A stretch of 63,174 nt of DNA, the filler included, from Octopus bimaculoides (lineage: Eukaryota), in NCBI RefSeq assembly GCF_001194135.2. It is 7 parts of 7 records of this genome, joined end to end, with 100 filler letters (N's around TTAATTAATTAA, not from the genome) between each part and the next. Parts side by side here need not be neighbours in the genome. Positions count along the whole stretch, not along the records: positions 1 to 8,027 come from NC_068989.1; positions 8,128 to 15,314 come from NC_068991.1; 5 more parts are not named here. One strand, given 5' to 3'. The position numbers were made by a program, and so were the translations under genes. Below are positions 1 through 10,429 of the stretch, piece by piece. The notes under the pieces are model-generated. The model saw nothing but the letters and a program-made list of their open reading frames with translations. It made no database searches and was not told the origin of the DNA. Position 1 is the stretch's first letter. Each line of letters begins with the position of its first letter.

Positions 1-300
1 GTTACGTGTGTGGTCAATGACCAGATCTGTGAGGATCTGTAGCCGCGACAAATTGGAGCGTATCTAACAGGCTATTTATAGGAAAATAAAGGCTCCAGAA
101 ACCATCAGAAAAACACTCTCTCACGTGACCTTATTAGTGGCTACGGTTGGTCGGTTTGCGTCCTGGCGCGAACGGACTGGAGGCAAATGCCGCGAAAATA
201 AAAGTCAGTCAGGTGATGACACAGCAAAGCGGGAAAGAGTTGTTTCCTGCTACGTTCGCATTTGTAAATATATAACCGTGAGAGAGGTGGTTTCACTACA
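1..300 (-). mobile_element. 5' part of an LTR-like interspersed repeat that interrupts the LINE ORF1 remnant
   Basis: The minus strand begins TGTAGTGAAACC at 300 and contains CTATAAATAG (TATA-like, about 71-80). Its last about 24 nt (CTGGTCATTGACCACACACGTAAC) match the start of the block at 7404 (CTGGTCGTTGACCACACGTAAC). The LTR class is inferred. Confidence 0.45.
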
Positions 301-1146
301 CTCCCATTAATCACTGTTACTTGTGTCCTTATCAACTGCAAATAATCAGTTCTAGGGGGTGGTGTCTCCACCAACCATATCCTTGTCGTTGTTATATTTT
401 CACCAAGTTCTTTTATGTACTCCCAGTAATTTTCCTCATATATCAAAATGCATTTCTCAGCACATTTCTCTGGCATCTTCACTCTTATTATTTCCTCCAA
501 CCTCTCGACTTTTCTCTCCATCTGCTCGCAATTCTCGTACTTTATCAAAACCCCCTTGTATTGGACATCTTTATCCGTTCTCTCCTCTTCTTCTTGTACA
601 TTATTAGTTTTTGGTTTTTCTATCTCTTTTATGTTTTCTGTTGACCGTTCCTTTGACTTATTTTTCCTTCGCTTCTGAGGGTTAGTAGCTCCATTTTCGT
701 TTTTCTCCTTTGTTTTCTCTGTTTCACACTTCTGTCTCTCTTTCATTTCCTCAGTGTGGTCTACAATGTTTTCATCCTCTGCATGTGCTTTCTCTTGCCG
801 TGGCTGTGTGAACTCATATAGTGGGGCATTTGGTCTTCATATGACCCCTTTCCCCGCATATGTAGCAATCTGGTTTCCTTCCCTCGACTACAACATTTAA
901 CGTTCTCTCATCCTCCACTTCTATCTGGTAGGGAATTCTTTCTATGTCCTCAAATGTTGCAAAAAGCCACATTTCGAGTCCAAATCCCCACCATTTGCGC
1001 ACTTTTGATTTCGCCACTGGTCCCAATTCCAGCTCCTTTTTGGTTGCAGCCAGCACTGTTGCAACCAACCACTCTGGTTTAATTTCTGGTGTAACTCTGG
1101 GAATACGTATTTTCACACTTCTTCTTCCTCTATAACTTGGTAGCAA
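301..1146 (-). pseudogene. Non-LTR retrotransposon ORF1 (gag-like) remnant with a CCHC zinc knuckle and one frameshift
   Basis: Encodes VVVEGRKPD-CYICGERGHMKTKC (CX2CX4HX4C, 826-867). Removing one base from the G run at about 823-826 joins ORF 814-1146 in frame to ORF 141-746. The arrangement resembles L1/Tx1-type ORF1. Confidence 0.8.
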
Positions 1147-1974
1147 TGCTATTTTTGTTGTTTACAACTTCTTCCTAACGTTCAACAAGATTTTCAATAC
1201 TTTGTTGGTAGAAATCACCCGATTTCGACTCGAAAATTGATCCAACCAAGCATTTGAAAGAGATCGAAAGAGGTGGAAATCAGTTGGTACCAAATCAGGA
1301 GAGTACGGCGGGTGTGGCAGCACTTCCCAGCCATGCGTTTGAATGGCTTCCTTGGTTGTCGTGCAGCAGAAGAACTCCATGCTGACGATTAGGTCTTTTC
1401 TCTTGAATAGCCGTATTGGGTCGTTTCATCTGTTGAACATACAGTTCCGAGTTGACCGTTTGGTTCCATTCATGCAATTCGTAATGGATAATCCCTTCCC
1501 AGTCCTACCATACGCACAGCATCGTTTTACGTGGATGAAGATCTTGTAAAGATCTCGGTAATGAAATCATTGCTTGCGTCCATGAGTTGAGCGGTGACGA
1601 ACAAGCAAACCAGCGGAGATTGTGGCTCGTTGATTTTTGTTGTTGTCACTTAAAGCATGCAGAATTCATGCTCCATACTTCTGAACCTTTCCCATCGAGT
1701 GAAGATGCTTCTCTATAGCAGTGTGGGAGCATTCCATTTTCTCAGCCAGCAAAAAGAAGGTGTTGAAAATGTTCGTTTTTCTTAACTTGACATTCCATTT
1801 TAATGGTCAGAAAATAAACAAAAATTAACTAAAATTAACTAAAAAAAAAAAGAAAAAATAGATACCAAAACGATTCAAAAATAGAATTCTCGAAAAAAAT
1901 AGATTCTAAAATTTAAAAACGCAATAAATTCCAAAATTTAAAAGAACGGCGCGAACTTAGTTGCCAACCCAATA
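1147..1974 (-). mobile_element. Mariner (DD34D) transposon, internally deleted, 3' TIR missing
   Basis: 5' end TA+TTGGGTTGGCAACTAAGTTCGCG at 1974. Fragments MECQVKKNEHF (ATG 1798), MLCVW*DWEGIIHYEL, LLHDN and HPPYSPDLVPTDFHLFRSL. Contains stops, frameshifts and deletions. Confidence 0.9.
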
Positions 1975-2205
1975 GGCTGACAGTACAGGTCTGTGTAACT
2001 GATAATTTTAAATTGTGGATAACCTATGTTATCTTTCTCTACAGATCTACAGAATATTCTATCTAGATACAGTCTGGATGACTACATTAGCGCATTCGGA
2101 AAATCCAGTCTGCACTGGTTCATCTACGCAAGTTTGGGAGGTGCGGCAGAGGAGGCGGAAGCGAAGGCGGCGGTTACAGCGATGATGGCGGTGACGGCAT
2201 CGTCA

Positions 2206-2265
2206 ACGGTGACAGCGTCAACGGTGACAGCGTCAACGGTGACAGCGTCAGCCGTGACAGCAGTG
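2206..2265 (+). repeat. 15-bp GC-rich minisatellite (ACGGTGACAGCGTCA x3 plus one degenerate copy)
   Basis: Perfect units at 2206, 2221 and 2236 and a degenerate unit at 2251, within a GC-rich low-complexity tract. Confidence 0.8.
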
Positions 2266-2502
2266 GCATCAGCATCAGCGGAGGTGTTGGTGATGGCAGC
2301 GACGTCGACGACAGCGGTGGCGGTAGTCGTGTCTCAAAATTTTTTTTTTTCTTTTTTTGTCTTCTTTGCACTTGTTACTGTTGTTATCGCTGTCGTCATC
2401 GTCGTCGCTGTTGTATCGCTCCATATTTGTGGTATGGTTTTGCTTTAAGAGTTGGGACACAGCGTCCACAATGCTTTTCCAATTTCTTTTCTCAATTCCT
2501 AG

Positions 2503-2549
2503 ACATTTTGGCGAAAAACATTTGCGGCGCCATGTCTTGACTTATTTTG
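2503..2549 (+). CDS. Candidate internal exon (unverified, product unknown)
   Basis: Acceptor aatttcttttctcaattcctag, donor TTG|gtaaat; two reading frames are open. Splice signals are the only evidence. Confidence 0.2.
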
Positions 2550-2746
2550 GTAAATATATCAATTTTACAAACTCAATGACAAATTCTGTCTCGAAGGGCA
2601 AAAATACCACAGAACTTTGCAGTTCCTCGGCTCTGTGACCTTACATGACACACGGTGCAAACATTTTGTAAACAAAAGTAAAATGACAGTTATAAACGAA
2701 CAAAGCTCGGAGCTGACGTGTTGCAGGCACCACAGCAAAATCATAT

Positions 2747-2859
2747 GGTAATTTTTCAGATTAACACCCGCACGATTACCTAACCCTAATCCTAAAACCC
2801 TAAACTTAATCCTAATCCTCGCCCTAACCCTAACACTAACCCTAACCCTAAACCCTAAT

Positions 2860-2890
<31 letters not shown>

Positions 2891-3001
2891 ACTAACACTA
2901 ACCCTAACCTTAAACCCTAACCCTAACCCTAACTCTAACCCTAAAACCGTAACCCTAACACCCTAGTGAAAATCGTGCAGGTGTTAATCTGAAAAATTAT
3001 C
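2747..3001. mobile_element. MITE-like element: 31-bp terminal inverted repeats enclosing a degenerate (TAACCC)n array
   Basis: Left TIR GGTAATTTTTCAGATTAACACCCGCACGATT (2747-2777) versus the reverse complement of 2971-3001: 29/31 identical. The interior is about 30 TAACCC/TAAACCC/TAACAC units. Confidence 0.85.
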
Positions 3002-3019
3002 AATAATAATATTAACATT

Positions 3020-3600
3020 ACTAGCAAAACCCGTGGAAATTTTACGGTCAATATGAAATCTTTTAGATGGTTGGAAGTTTCTATAGAACCATAAAAATAA
3101 ATGTTTCTTTTGAAATTGTATGTTTTGCATTATTTTCATTTAAAGAAAACCTTTCAGTTCTTCTGAATAAGGCTGTAATTGACGGAACAGGATTTTCCCA
3201 TTCTCTCAGCATTCCAGAGGTTCACTTATAAATCTAAGAGCTTCAAAGTGATTACAGAAAATATGTTTAAAGTTTTACTTTATTTTATTTATTTATTTAT
3301 TTTTTCATTTTCATTTTCTCTTCTACCTTGAACACGTTCTCTTTTCTGTTGTAAATACTCGCTGTGTTCTCTTTCATTCATATCTTATCTCCACGCTGCA
3401 GCTCCTGTGTTTGTTCTAATGATTCGACACCCTCTGCTTCTCTCTACGTCGTCACCTATGCCGTCTCATTCTTTTTCTTGTTAGCTTACATTGCTTGTCA
3501 TCCATATTTTATTAACAACTATCAATTTTCAAGCGAGCAGACGATAAACAATTGCACTTATGCGCATGCGTTAAGTGATACACGATATAAAAAAAATTAT
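3020..3600 (-). mobile_element. Non-autonomous Helitron-like element (3' end at 3021)
   Basis: The minus strand ends CCGTAAAATTTCCACGG-GTTTTG-CTAG|T (imperfect hairpin then CTAG). The 5' boundary is uncertain. Confidence 0.4.
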
Positions 3601-3616
3601 TTCAATAAAATATCTA

Positions 3617-3727
3617 CACCACCATCATCCCCACCACCATCATCATCCCCACAACTATTACCACCACCACCACCACCACCACCATCACCATTATCCTTGC
3701 CACCACCATCACCACCACCACCATCAT
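3617..3727 (+). repeat. (CAC/CAT)n trinucleotide microsatellite
   Basis: Visible directly; it explains the poly-Pro end of ORF 3364-3729. Confidence 0.9.
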
Positions 3728-4108
3728 AGTTTTTAGTGACAAAGCTCAGTCCCAAGTTGTTTGCCAACCAAGATTATTTTCATTTCATTTCAGTTCAGTT
3801 CAGTTCAGCTGTTTATATTATCTACTTTCCTTGCAGCCTCTCTACACTGGCAATACAAAGTTGGAATAACAATTTTAAAAAAGAAATCATCCACGGCTGT
3901 TTTGTTAAGTTATTTCACTATCATTGAAACTTCTTTCTATCTATGATAAGTTGATTATTATATTTAATATAAACCTTCTTTCTTCAGTCCAACCATTGAT
4001 TTTTGGAGAGATAGATAGATAGATAGATAGATATAAAGAATATTAGATGTTATTGTCAGTGACAATAATAAATGACGTTTAAAATGTTCCTCTGCTAAAC
4101 ACTTTAAA

Positions 4109-4141
<33 letters not shown>

Positions 4142-4233
4142 ACCTCTTCAATTAACTTTTTAACCATATCATTCCCCTCGTCACGCCCTTATCATTTCTC
4201 TTTCTCTTTCTCTTCACCTCTCACTTCCATTAA

Positions 4234-4402
4234 CCATGTGACAATGTAATGCATCTGATTTTTTATTACCCATGCGGGCTAACATAGAGGGGATCAACTT
4301 CGGCAGAATTTGAACTCACAACGTAAAGAGTTGGAAGAAATGCCAGTAAGCATTTTGTCCGGAGTGCTATCAATCCAGCCCCATGTGACAATGTAATGCA
4401 TC
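4234..4402 (-). mobile_element. Internally deleted SINE (family B) with a 22-bp target-site duplication
   Basis: CCATGTGACAATGTAATGCATC occurs at 4234-4255 and 4381-4402. The 125-bp insert matches both ends of the full copy at 42252-42472 but lacks its middle. Confidence 0.85.
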
Positions 4403-4926
4403 GGCTGGCAGTTGTGCCATTCTCTCACCCTCTCTCGCTCTCTCTCGCTCTCTCTCTCTCCCTCTCTCCTCTTATCTGCTTCTCCCTCTTTATATAACTG
4501 CTCTCTCCTCTCTAGCTATCTGTATTTCTTTAATCTAACCACATCACCATTCTGCGAAACATTGTATTTCTAACTCTTTCTCTACACCTCTCCTTTCAAC
4601 TAACTTTTTAACCACTCAATAACTATTACTTTCCCCCTACCTCGTCGTTTACACTTCTTTCTCCCTCTTTTTCTCTCCCTTTCCGCCTCTGTCTTCAGCT
4701 AAGCCCGTGACAGCATAATGCATTCGGCCTTAGCATATTAATAATATAGATTACTATTATTGTTATTGCTGCTGTTGTTGTTGTTGTTGTTGCTATCAGT
4801 AGTAGTAGTAGTAGTAAATTCTTTATTAAATGTTAAGGGCTTACCAAAAGATCGAGGACATCAGAGGGAGATGCAATGTTGAATTACAGAAAAATAACTA
4901 GCAAATTTTAACACTGCATAATTTCT

Positions 4927-6300
4927 CTAAAAGAGGGAAACTTTTGAGAGCTGCTCGTAGAAAGCCCACAAAACCACAGTTACCCTGACCTTTAAGACAA
5001 ATACCTTCTTTACAGGCGCATGCTCAGAGCATGACCATTCACTCAGACTATGCTCGCTAACTCTCATCCACCTTTCAACAACCTTGCTAAGAGGTAAAAC
5101 TTCCCTCTCCGCCTTCGCTTCTTTTTTTAAAAGAAACTTGAAAAGGTCAATGAGGCTGTAGCAGGGAATCGAAAGCGAATCCCTGGATACGCGGTCAGAC
5201 ATCACGAGCAAACCATGATAGTTTCAACTGATCTGTTTATCAAGCAACCAATTAGCATCAAGACATCGCATGATACAACCATCTAGAATCTTCTTCTTGT
5301 GCCCTATAAAAGGCTGCTTTTGGCAGTAATTAATTGTAGAATGTTCAGACATGTGAGTGTGTCTCCATCCTTGCCACAGCAGACGACCCATGCAGACAGC
5401 TCAGACCCATTACCAAGAACTTCCATCACCACAATTGTTTCCAGTTATATTGGGCAAATCTCATTTTGCTGTATCAGTAAGCTTGCCAAAACTCTTAGTA
5501 GTAACCCTCTCCCAGAATGTAATTATTGTTTTTGTTATCTGTAAAAGAGTGACCTAGTTTGACTCCATGTGCTATAATAAAATCTTCTGTTAAATAGTTG
5601 TGCGTGTTATTCAGTTATTTCTTCACATAGCCCAAGAAATATATTTTCATTTATCAATTCAACCAGTCATCACCACAGACCAGCCACAAACACCCAAGTA
5701 GCAAGGGCTTAGCTAAAGAGGAGGGTAACAGCCTCTTTCACTGAGGCCACCAGACAGATAAGCACTGCCTGTCCTTCCCGGCCAGAGGAAGGTGGCAGTG
5801 CGATCTTCACAATGAATTCAACCAATAACCAGAATTGTCCTGCAAGTGACAGCAGCTTCTGACCCCACAAGTCATCAATGTTCGAACACTAGATGAATGT
5901 ATGCAGAACAACTTCATTACCCTGCACGCATCGCACCTCAGGTAGGCCCGGTTGATAGCACTCCTGTGCTTGTAGAGTTTATCTCAAACCAGTAATCCTG
6001 CCCCCCCCCCCAGTAACGCAGCCAAACCAAAGATTTCTGGGAAATAGTAATGGGACCTGGCAGAAAGTACTCCTTAAAAGACCAGCCAATTGATTTTTGT
6101 CGATGCCGAGATTTTCCCCGAGAACGTCAACTGGTAAAATTCAACTGATAGGAAACTATGAGCATTTGACGACATTCCAGATGCCAAGCACTCTGTTTTG
6201 GTCTTTGCTTGATCCAGAACCGTGGCTCTATCGATGAGACAAGCTGTGGAAATGCGAGTTTGACAAACGACAGACACACTTGCTTTCTGTGCTGCCCATT
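4927..6300 (-). pseudogene. Degenerate L1/Tx1-like LINE ORF2 C-terminal fragments
   Basis: Minus-strand peptides LGIDKNQLAGLLRSTF, DKLYKHRSAINRAYLRC..VLHTF, FIVKIALPPSSGREGQAVLICLVASVKE and LIDLFKFLLKKEAKAEREVL resemble Tx1-type ORF2 ends (recalled, not searched). The segment 5230-5570 is unassigned. Confidence 0.6.
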
Positions 6301-6699
6301 TGCCCTTATTTTAATTTTAATTTTTAATTCTTATTTCCATTTAATTACTATATTAATCAGGTGCTGCAGTGCATTTATTTATTTTCTTTTTTGTATATAC
6401 CCTTTCCTATGAATTTTCACTCTTCAATTTCTAATTTATTTTATCTAGTTTTTAAGGTTTATATATTTCTCCATAACAGTCAAAGGCTTTTATCAAATAA
6501 ATTCTTCTTATTTTGAAAAGTAATGGCGCAATCAGCTTTGAATACTTATTTGATGAGTTGGTACTCATGAATACTTATAACTATTTGTAAACTATTGCAT
6601 TGTTCAAAGTATTCACAACGGTCTGACGATCTATTATGTATGAAACTCTGAGTAACACTTCAATAAAATAATATATGTGTGTGTACACACACACACACA

Positions 6700-7130
6700 C
6701 TAGACTACTCGTGACCCGTTGGGTCACCGGGAAAGTTTGAGTTTCCCAGTAACGGGGTTTTGTTTCGTGGGTTTTTTTTCTTTTCCGGGTTATTTCTCAT
6801 GCTTTGTGACATCGAAATCGCGCTCTTTTCCCCAGAAAAGGAGAGATTTGACTGCCATTTCTTGCACGCTGCTATTTGGCTGCTATTTCTTGCAACAGGT
6901 ATTTCGGGTCCTTTATCGCAAATAGCTGTTACATGGTAGCAGGGAGTGCGAGAAATATCAGCCAAATCTTTAGCGGTGAGAAGCATTAAATGCACTCGAA
7001 AAAAAACCTATGGAAAAAAATTATTTCACACCGAGGTTATGAACGGGTATTTTACGAAATATTTACCGTATTTCTAAAGTAATTTTCACTTTTAAATATT
7101 TTTTAAATATGCCAAAAAAAATTTGTAACA
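6700..7130 (-). mobile_element. Helitron-like element, 3' terminus at 6700
   Basis: The minus strand has a perfect hairpin GTGACCC-AAC-GGGTCAC (6711-6727), a 7-nt spacer, then CTAG|T. This is the canonical Helitron 3' end. Confidence 0.6.
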
Positions 7131-7262
7131 GGCGCAGGAATGGCTTTGTGGTAAGAAGCTTGCTTACCAACCACATGGTTCCGGGTTCAGTACCACTGCG
7201 TAGCACCTTGGGCAAGTGTCTTCTACTATAGCCTCGGGCCGACCAATGCCTTGTGAGTGGAT
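7131..7262 (+). mobile_element. tRNA-derived SINE family A, head (runs into gap)
   Basis: GGCTTTGTGGTAAG (A box), GGGTTCAGTACC (B box) and CORE-like CCTTGGGCAAGT; many copies in the window. Confidence 0.85.
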
Positions 7263-7403
7263 NNNNNNNNNNNNNNNNNNNNNNNNNNNNNNNNNNNNNN
7301 NNNNNNNNNNNNNNNNNNNNNNNNNNNNNNNNNNNNNNNNNNNNNNNNNNNNNNNNNNNNNNNNNNNNNNNNNNNNNNNNNNNNNNNNNNNNNNNNNNNN
7401 NNN

Positions 7404-8027
7404 CTGGTCGTTGACCACACGTAACACAGCCAGCCAGTTTCCAGCGACGACATCAACAGCATCGTTCAACAGTTTACTACAATCCTCGTCCCCAACGTCA
7501 ACATGACTTCTCTACGTACACAAGCTACCAAGCAGCAACCGCAGCTTCTCTCAATACTGTTGTGAAATATCTTCACCAAGGTTAACAGAATTCGACACCT
7601 GCGAGAAACCATCTGTATCAAGAATCCGACCCGGCATAGAAGCCTCAACTGCACGGCAAGTGACTTAGCTCTGCCTCAACCTTAACCTCTTATATACAGA
7701 CTTTCAACTACTGTGTACTTTAACTGAGAACTGGTATATTCTTATCCGTGTTACTAACTCTTTTCTATCCTCTGTATCTCTTGCATTCACATACATATAT
7801 TTGTATACACACTCTTTGTTTACATGACGGTCTGTCTTATATTGTGTTTTATTATGTCGCATTCACTCACACACAGACATACAGTTTAATGCTCTAATAA
7901 ACCTTACTGTTATAAATCTTTATCGGTTGAGTCATCCTCCAACTTTTCCTTACTGGCATCTCCACGTTCTATTATGTTATAGTACTATAACATATCATAT
8001 ATTTTTGTGTCGACCGTGCGACGCGTT
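7404..8027 (+). mobile_element. 3' part of an LTR-like repeat related to 1-300
   Basis: Overlaps the end of the reverse complement of 1-300. Has AATAAA near 7896 and an 18-bp palindrome at 7975-7992. Both ends are lost in gaps. Confidence 0.4.
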
Positions 8028-8071
8028 NNNNNNNNNNNNNNNNNNNNNNNNNNNNNNNNNNNNNNNNNNNN

Positions 8072-8083
8072 TTAATTAATTAA
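8072..8083. other. Artificial scaffolding linker TTAATTAATTAA (also at 15359, 33456, 40480, 57752, 60968)
   Basis: The identical 12-mer, with stops in all six frames, recurs six times with 44 N on each side (100 bp total). Confidence 0.95.
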
Positions 8084-8127
8084 NNNNNNNNNNNNNNNNN
8101 NNNNNNNNNNNNNNNNNNNNNNNNNNN

Positions 8128-8786
8128 GGGTGGTAGCGGATCCAGGCTCATTAATGTTAAAATTCTGCCTTCAGCTAATTGGGTTGGGTAGAAAGCTGTG
8201 TTGACCATATGGACCCAATCAGCTAAAGATTTGGTTTTCCCAGATTTTCTGAGGATGGCTGACCAAAGGTACCCGGTGATCCTCCAAGTGTCACCAGTGC
8301 CTGGAGCCTGGCCATATTAGAAATAACTGCCCCAGGGCCGTGGTAAGGTCCTGGAGCAGAATAAAGAAAACGTGCCCGCCGCCCCCCTATTGGAGGGGGA
8401 GACTTGTCGCCGAGACACGAAAGTGACCCAAAAGCAGACACCCATTAAGAAAAGTAGTTCTGCTCTGCAGGAAAATAATGAGGAGGCAGTAGCCTCAACA
8501 GAAAGAGGAAAGAAGAGAAAGGCGGGCATTAATAGTAGCCCGCCGAAACCTCAAACAAATGTAGAGTTGGAAGAGGGATTGAGTTCCCCGGGTAAACCGG
8601 CGGACTCTTCTTCTCCCACCGGAAAAAAGAAAAAAAAAGAAAAAGGTGCCAACGGAGGTTGAACCACCGTCGCTGGGAATTGTGCCACCGACGGTGGAAA
8701 AGTCTATCTCTTTACCGGAGGAAGAAGAATCGTTGGTCTTCTTCTACAGAGGTGGGGAGATAGAAAAGGAGTTAGAAAAATATCCT
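8128..8786 (+). pseudogene. Second LINE ORF1 remnant with a CCHC zinc knuckle
   Basis: CHQCLEPGHIRNNC at 8289-8330, preceded out of frame by FPDFLRMADQRYPVIL and followed by a charged linker and EEEESLVFFYRGGEIEKELEK. The layout matches 301-1146. Confidence 0.7.
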
Positions 8787-9470
8787 NNNNNNNNNNNNNN
8801 NNNNNNNNNNNNNNNNNNNNNNNNNNNNNNNNNNNNNNNNNNNNNNNNNNNNNNNNNNNNNNNNNNNNNNNNNNNNNNNNNNNNNNNNNNNNNNNNNNNN
8901 NNNNNNNNNNNNNNNNNNNNNNNNNNNNNNNNNNNNNNNNNNNNNNNNNNNNNNNNNNNNNNNNNNNNNNNNNNNNNNNNNNNNNNNNNNNNNNNNNNNN
9001 NNNNNNNNNNNNNNNNNNNNNNNNNNNNNNNNNNNNNNNNNNNNNNNNNNNNNNNNNNNNNNNNNNNNNNNNNNNNNNNNNNNNNNNNNNNNNNNNNNNN
9101 NNNNNNNNNNNNNNNNNNNNNNNNNNNNNNNNNNNNNNNNNNNNNNNNNNNNNNNNNNNNNNNNNNNNNNNNNNNNNNNNNNNNNNNNNNNNNNNNNNNN
9201 NNNNNNNNNNNNNNNNNNNNNNNNNNNNNNNNNNNNNNNNNNNNNNNNNNNNNNNNNNNNNNNNNNNNNNNNNNNNNNNNNNNNNNNNNNNNNNNNNNNN
9301 NNNNNNNNNNNNNNNNNNNNNNNNNNNNNNNNNNNNNNNNNNNNNNNNNNNNNNNNNNNATTCATTATTATCACTTTCATTACACATACCATTATGTCTT
9401 TGTCCAGCCTGCAGCTTCTTTTTTTCCCCTTTTCTTCTGTGTAAGGCCGTCATGGCCAATAAAATGAAAT

Positions 9471-9830
9471 AAAGAAGCTTGCTTACCAACCACATGGTTC
9501 CTAATTCAGTTCCACTGTGTGACACCTTGGGCAAGTGTCTTCAACTATAGCCTCGGGCCGACCAAAGCCTTGTGTATTGGTTTGGTAGACGGAAACTGAA
9601 AGAAGCCCGTCGTATCTGTGTGTGTGTGTGTGTGTGTGTTTGTGTGTTTGTGTGTCTGTGTTTGACTCCCCCACCCAATATCGCTTGATGTGTTCACGCC
9701 CCCTTAATTTTGCGTTTCGGCAAAGAGACCGACAGAATAACTACTATGCTTGGGGTCGATTTGCTCGACTAAGGGCGGTGCTCCAGCACTGCTGCAGTCA
9801 AATGACTGAAGCAAATAAAAGAATAAAAGA
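9471..9830 (+). mobile_element. SINE family A, near full length with internal (TG)n
   Basis: Matches the copies at 7131, 18005 and 57895; tail CTCCAGCA..GCAGTCAAATGACTGAA..AATAAAAGAATAAAAG. Confidence 0.85.
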
Positions 9831-9965
9831 ATATATATGCATAGACACATATATCTATTATATATGTATATGTATACACTCACACACACACACGTATATA
9901 TCCCGATGTATATATATACACACACACACTCATATATATCCCGATATATATGCGCGCGCAGGCAC

Positions 9966-10007
<42 letters not shown>

Positions 10008-10039
10008 GCATACACGAATGTAATCCCATGTACCCTCAG

Positions 10040-10222
10040 TCATTTCTCCTGGGCTATATTTCAACTAAAACAACAAAAACACGAGTACACAGATCGACCC
10101 CTAGAAAAGGGCTCAAGACAAGAAATAAAGTATATAATTGCTGAAAACCTCAATATTAAAGAGCGAAATAGAACATTGTGTTACAGAAGCCAGCGCCACA
10201 TTGTCTGCGAGCAACCTTTCTG
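10040..10222 (+). CDS. Candidate 183-nt frame-preserving exon (unverified)
   Basis: Acceptor gtaccctcag, donor CTG|gtacgt; one frame is open throughout (HFSWAIF...HIVCEQPF). No family recognised. Confidence 0.25.
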
Positions 10223-10378
10223 GTACGTAGATCTGTATACATACATTTGCATATATATACATACATTTACAACTGATGCACGAATCTACTATATAATTTC
10301 AAATTAGCTACACACATGCCCATGAATTCATATGTGCATGTGTGTGGGGGGACATGTATATATGTATTTATCTATCTA

Positions 10379-10429
<51 letters not shown>

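Noticed and set aside
141-300. C-terminal part of ORF 141-746 as genuine protein
   Set aside because: It is read-through into the LTR-like repeat that starts at 300.
2780-2965. A true telomere or chromosome-fusion site
   Set aside because: The tract is short, degenerate, single-orientation and enclosed by TIRs.
7996-8027. Primer-binding site after the palindrome
   Set aside because: The match is poor, and the repeat probably continues into the gap, so the LTR end is not established.
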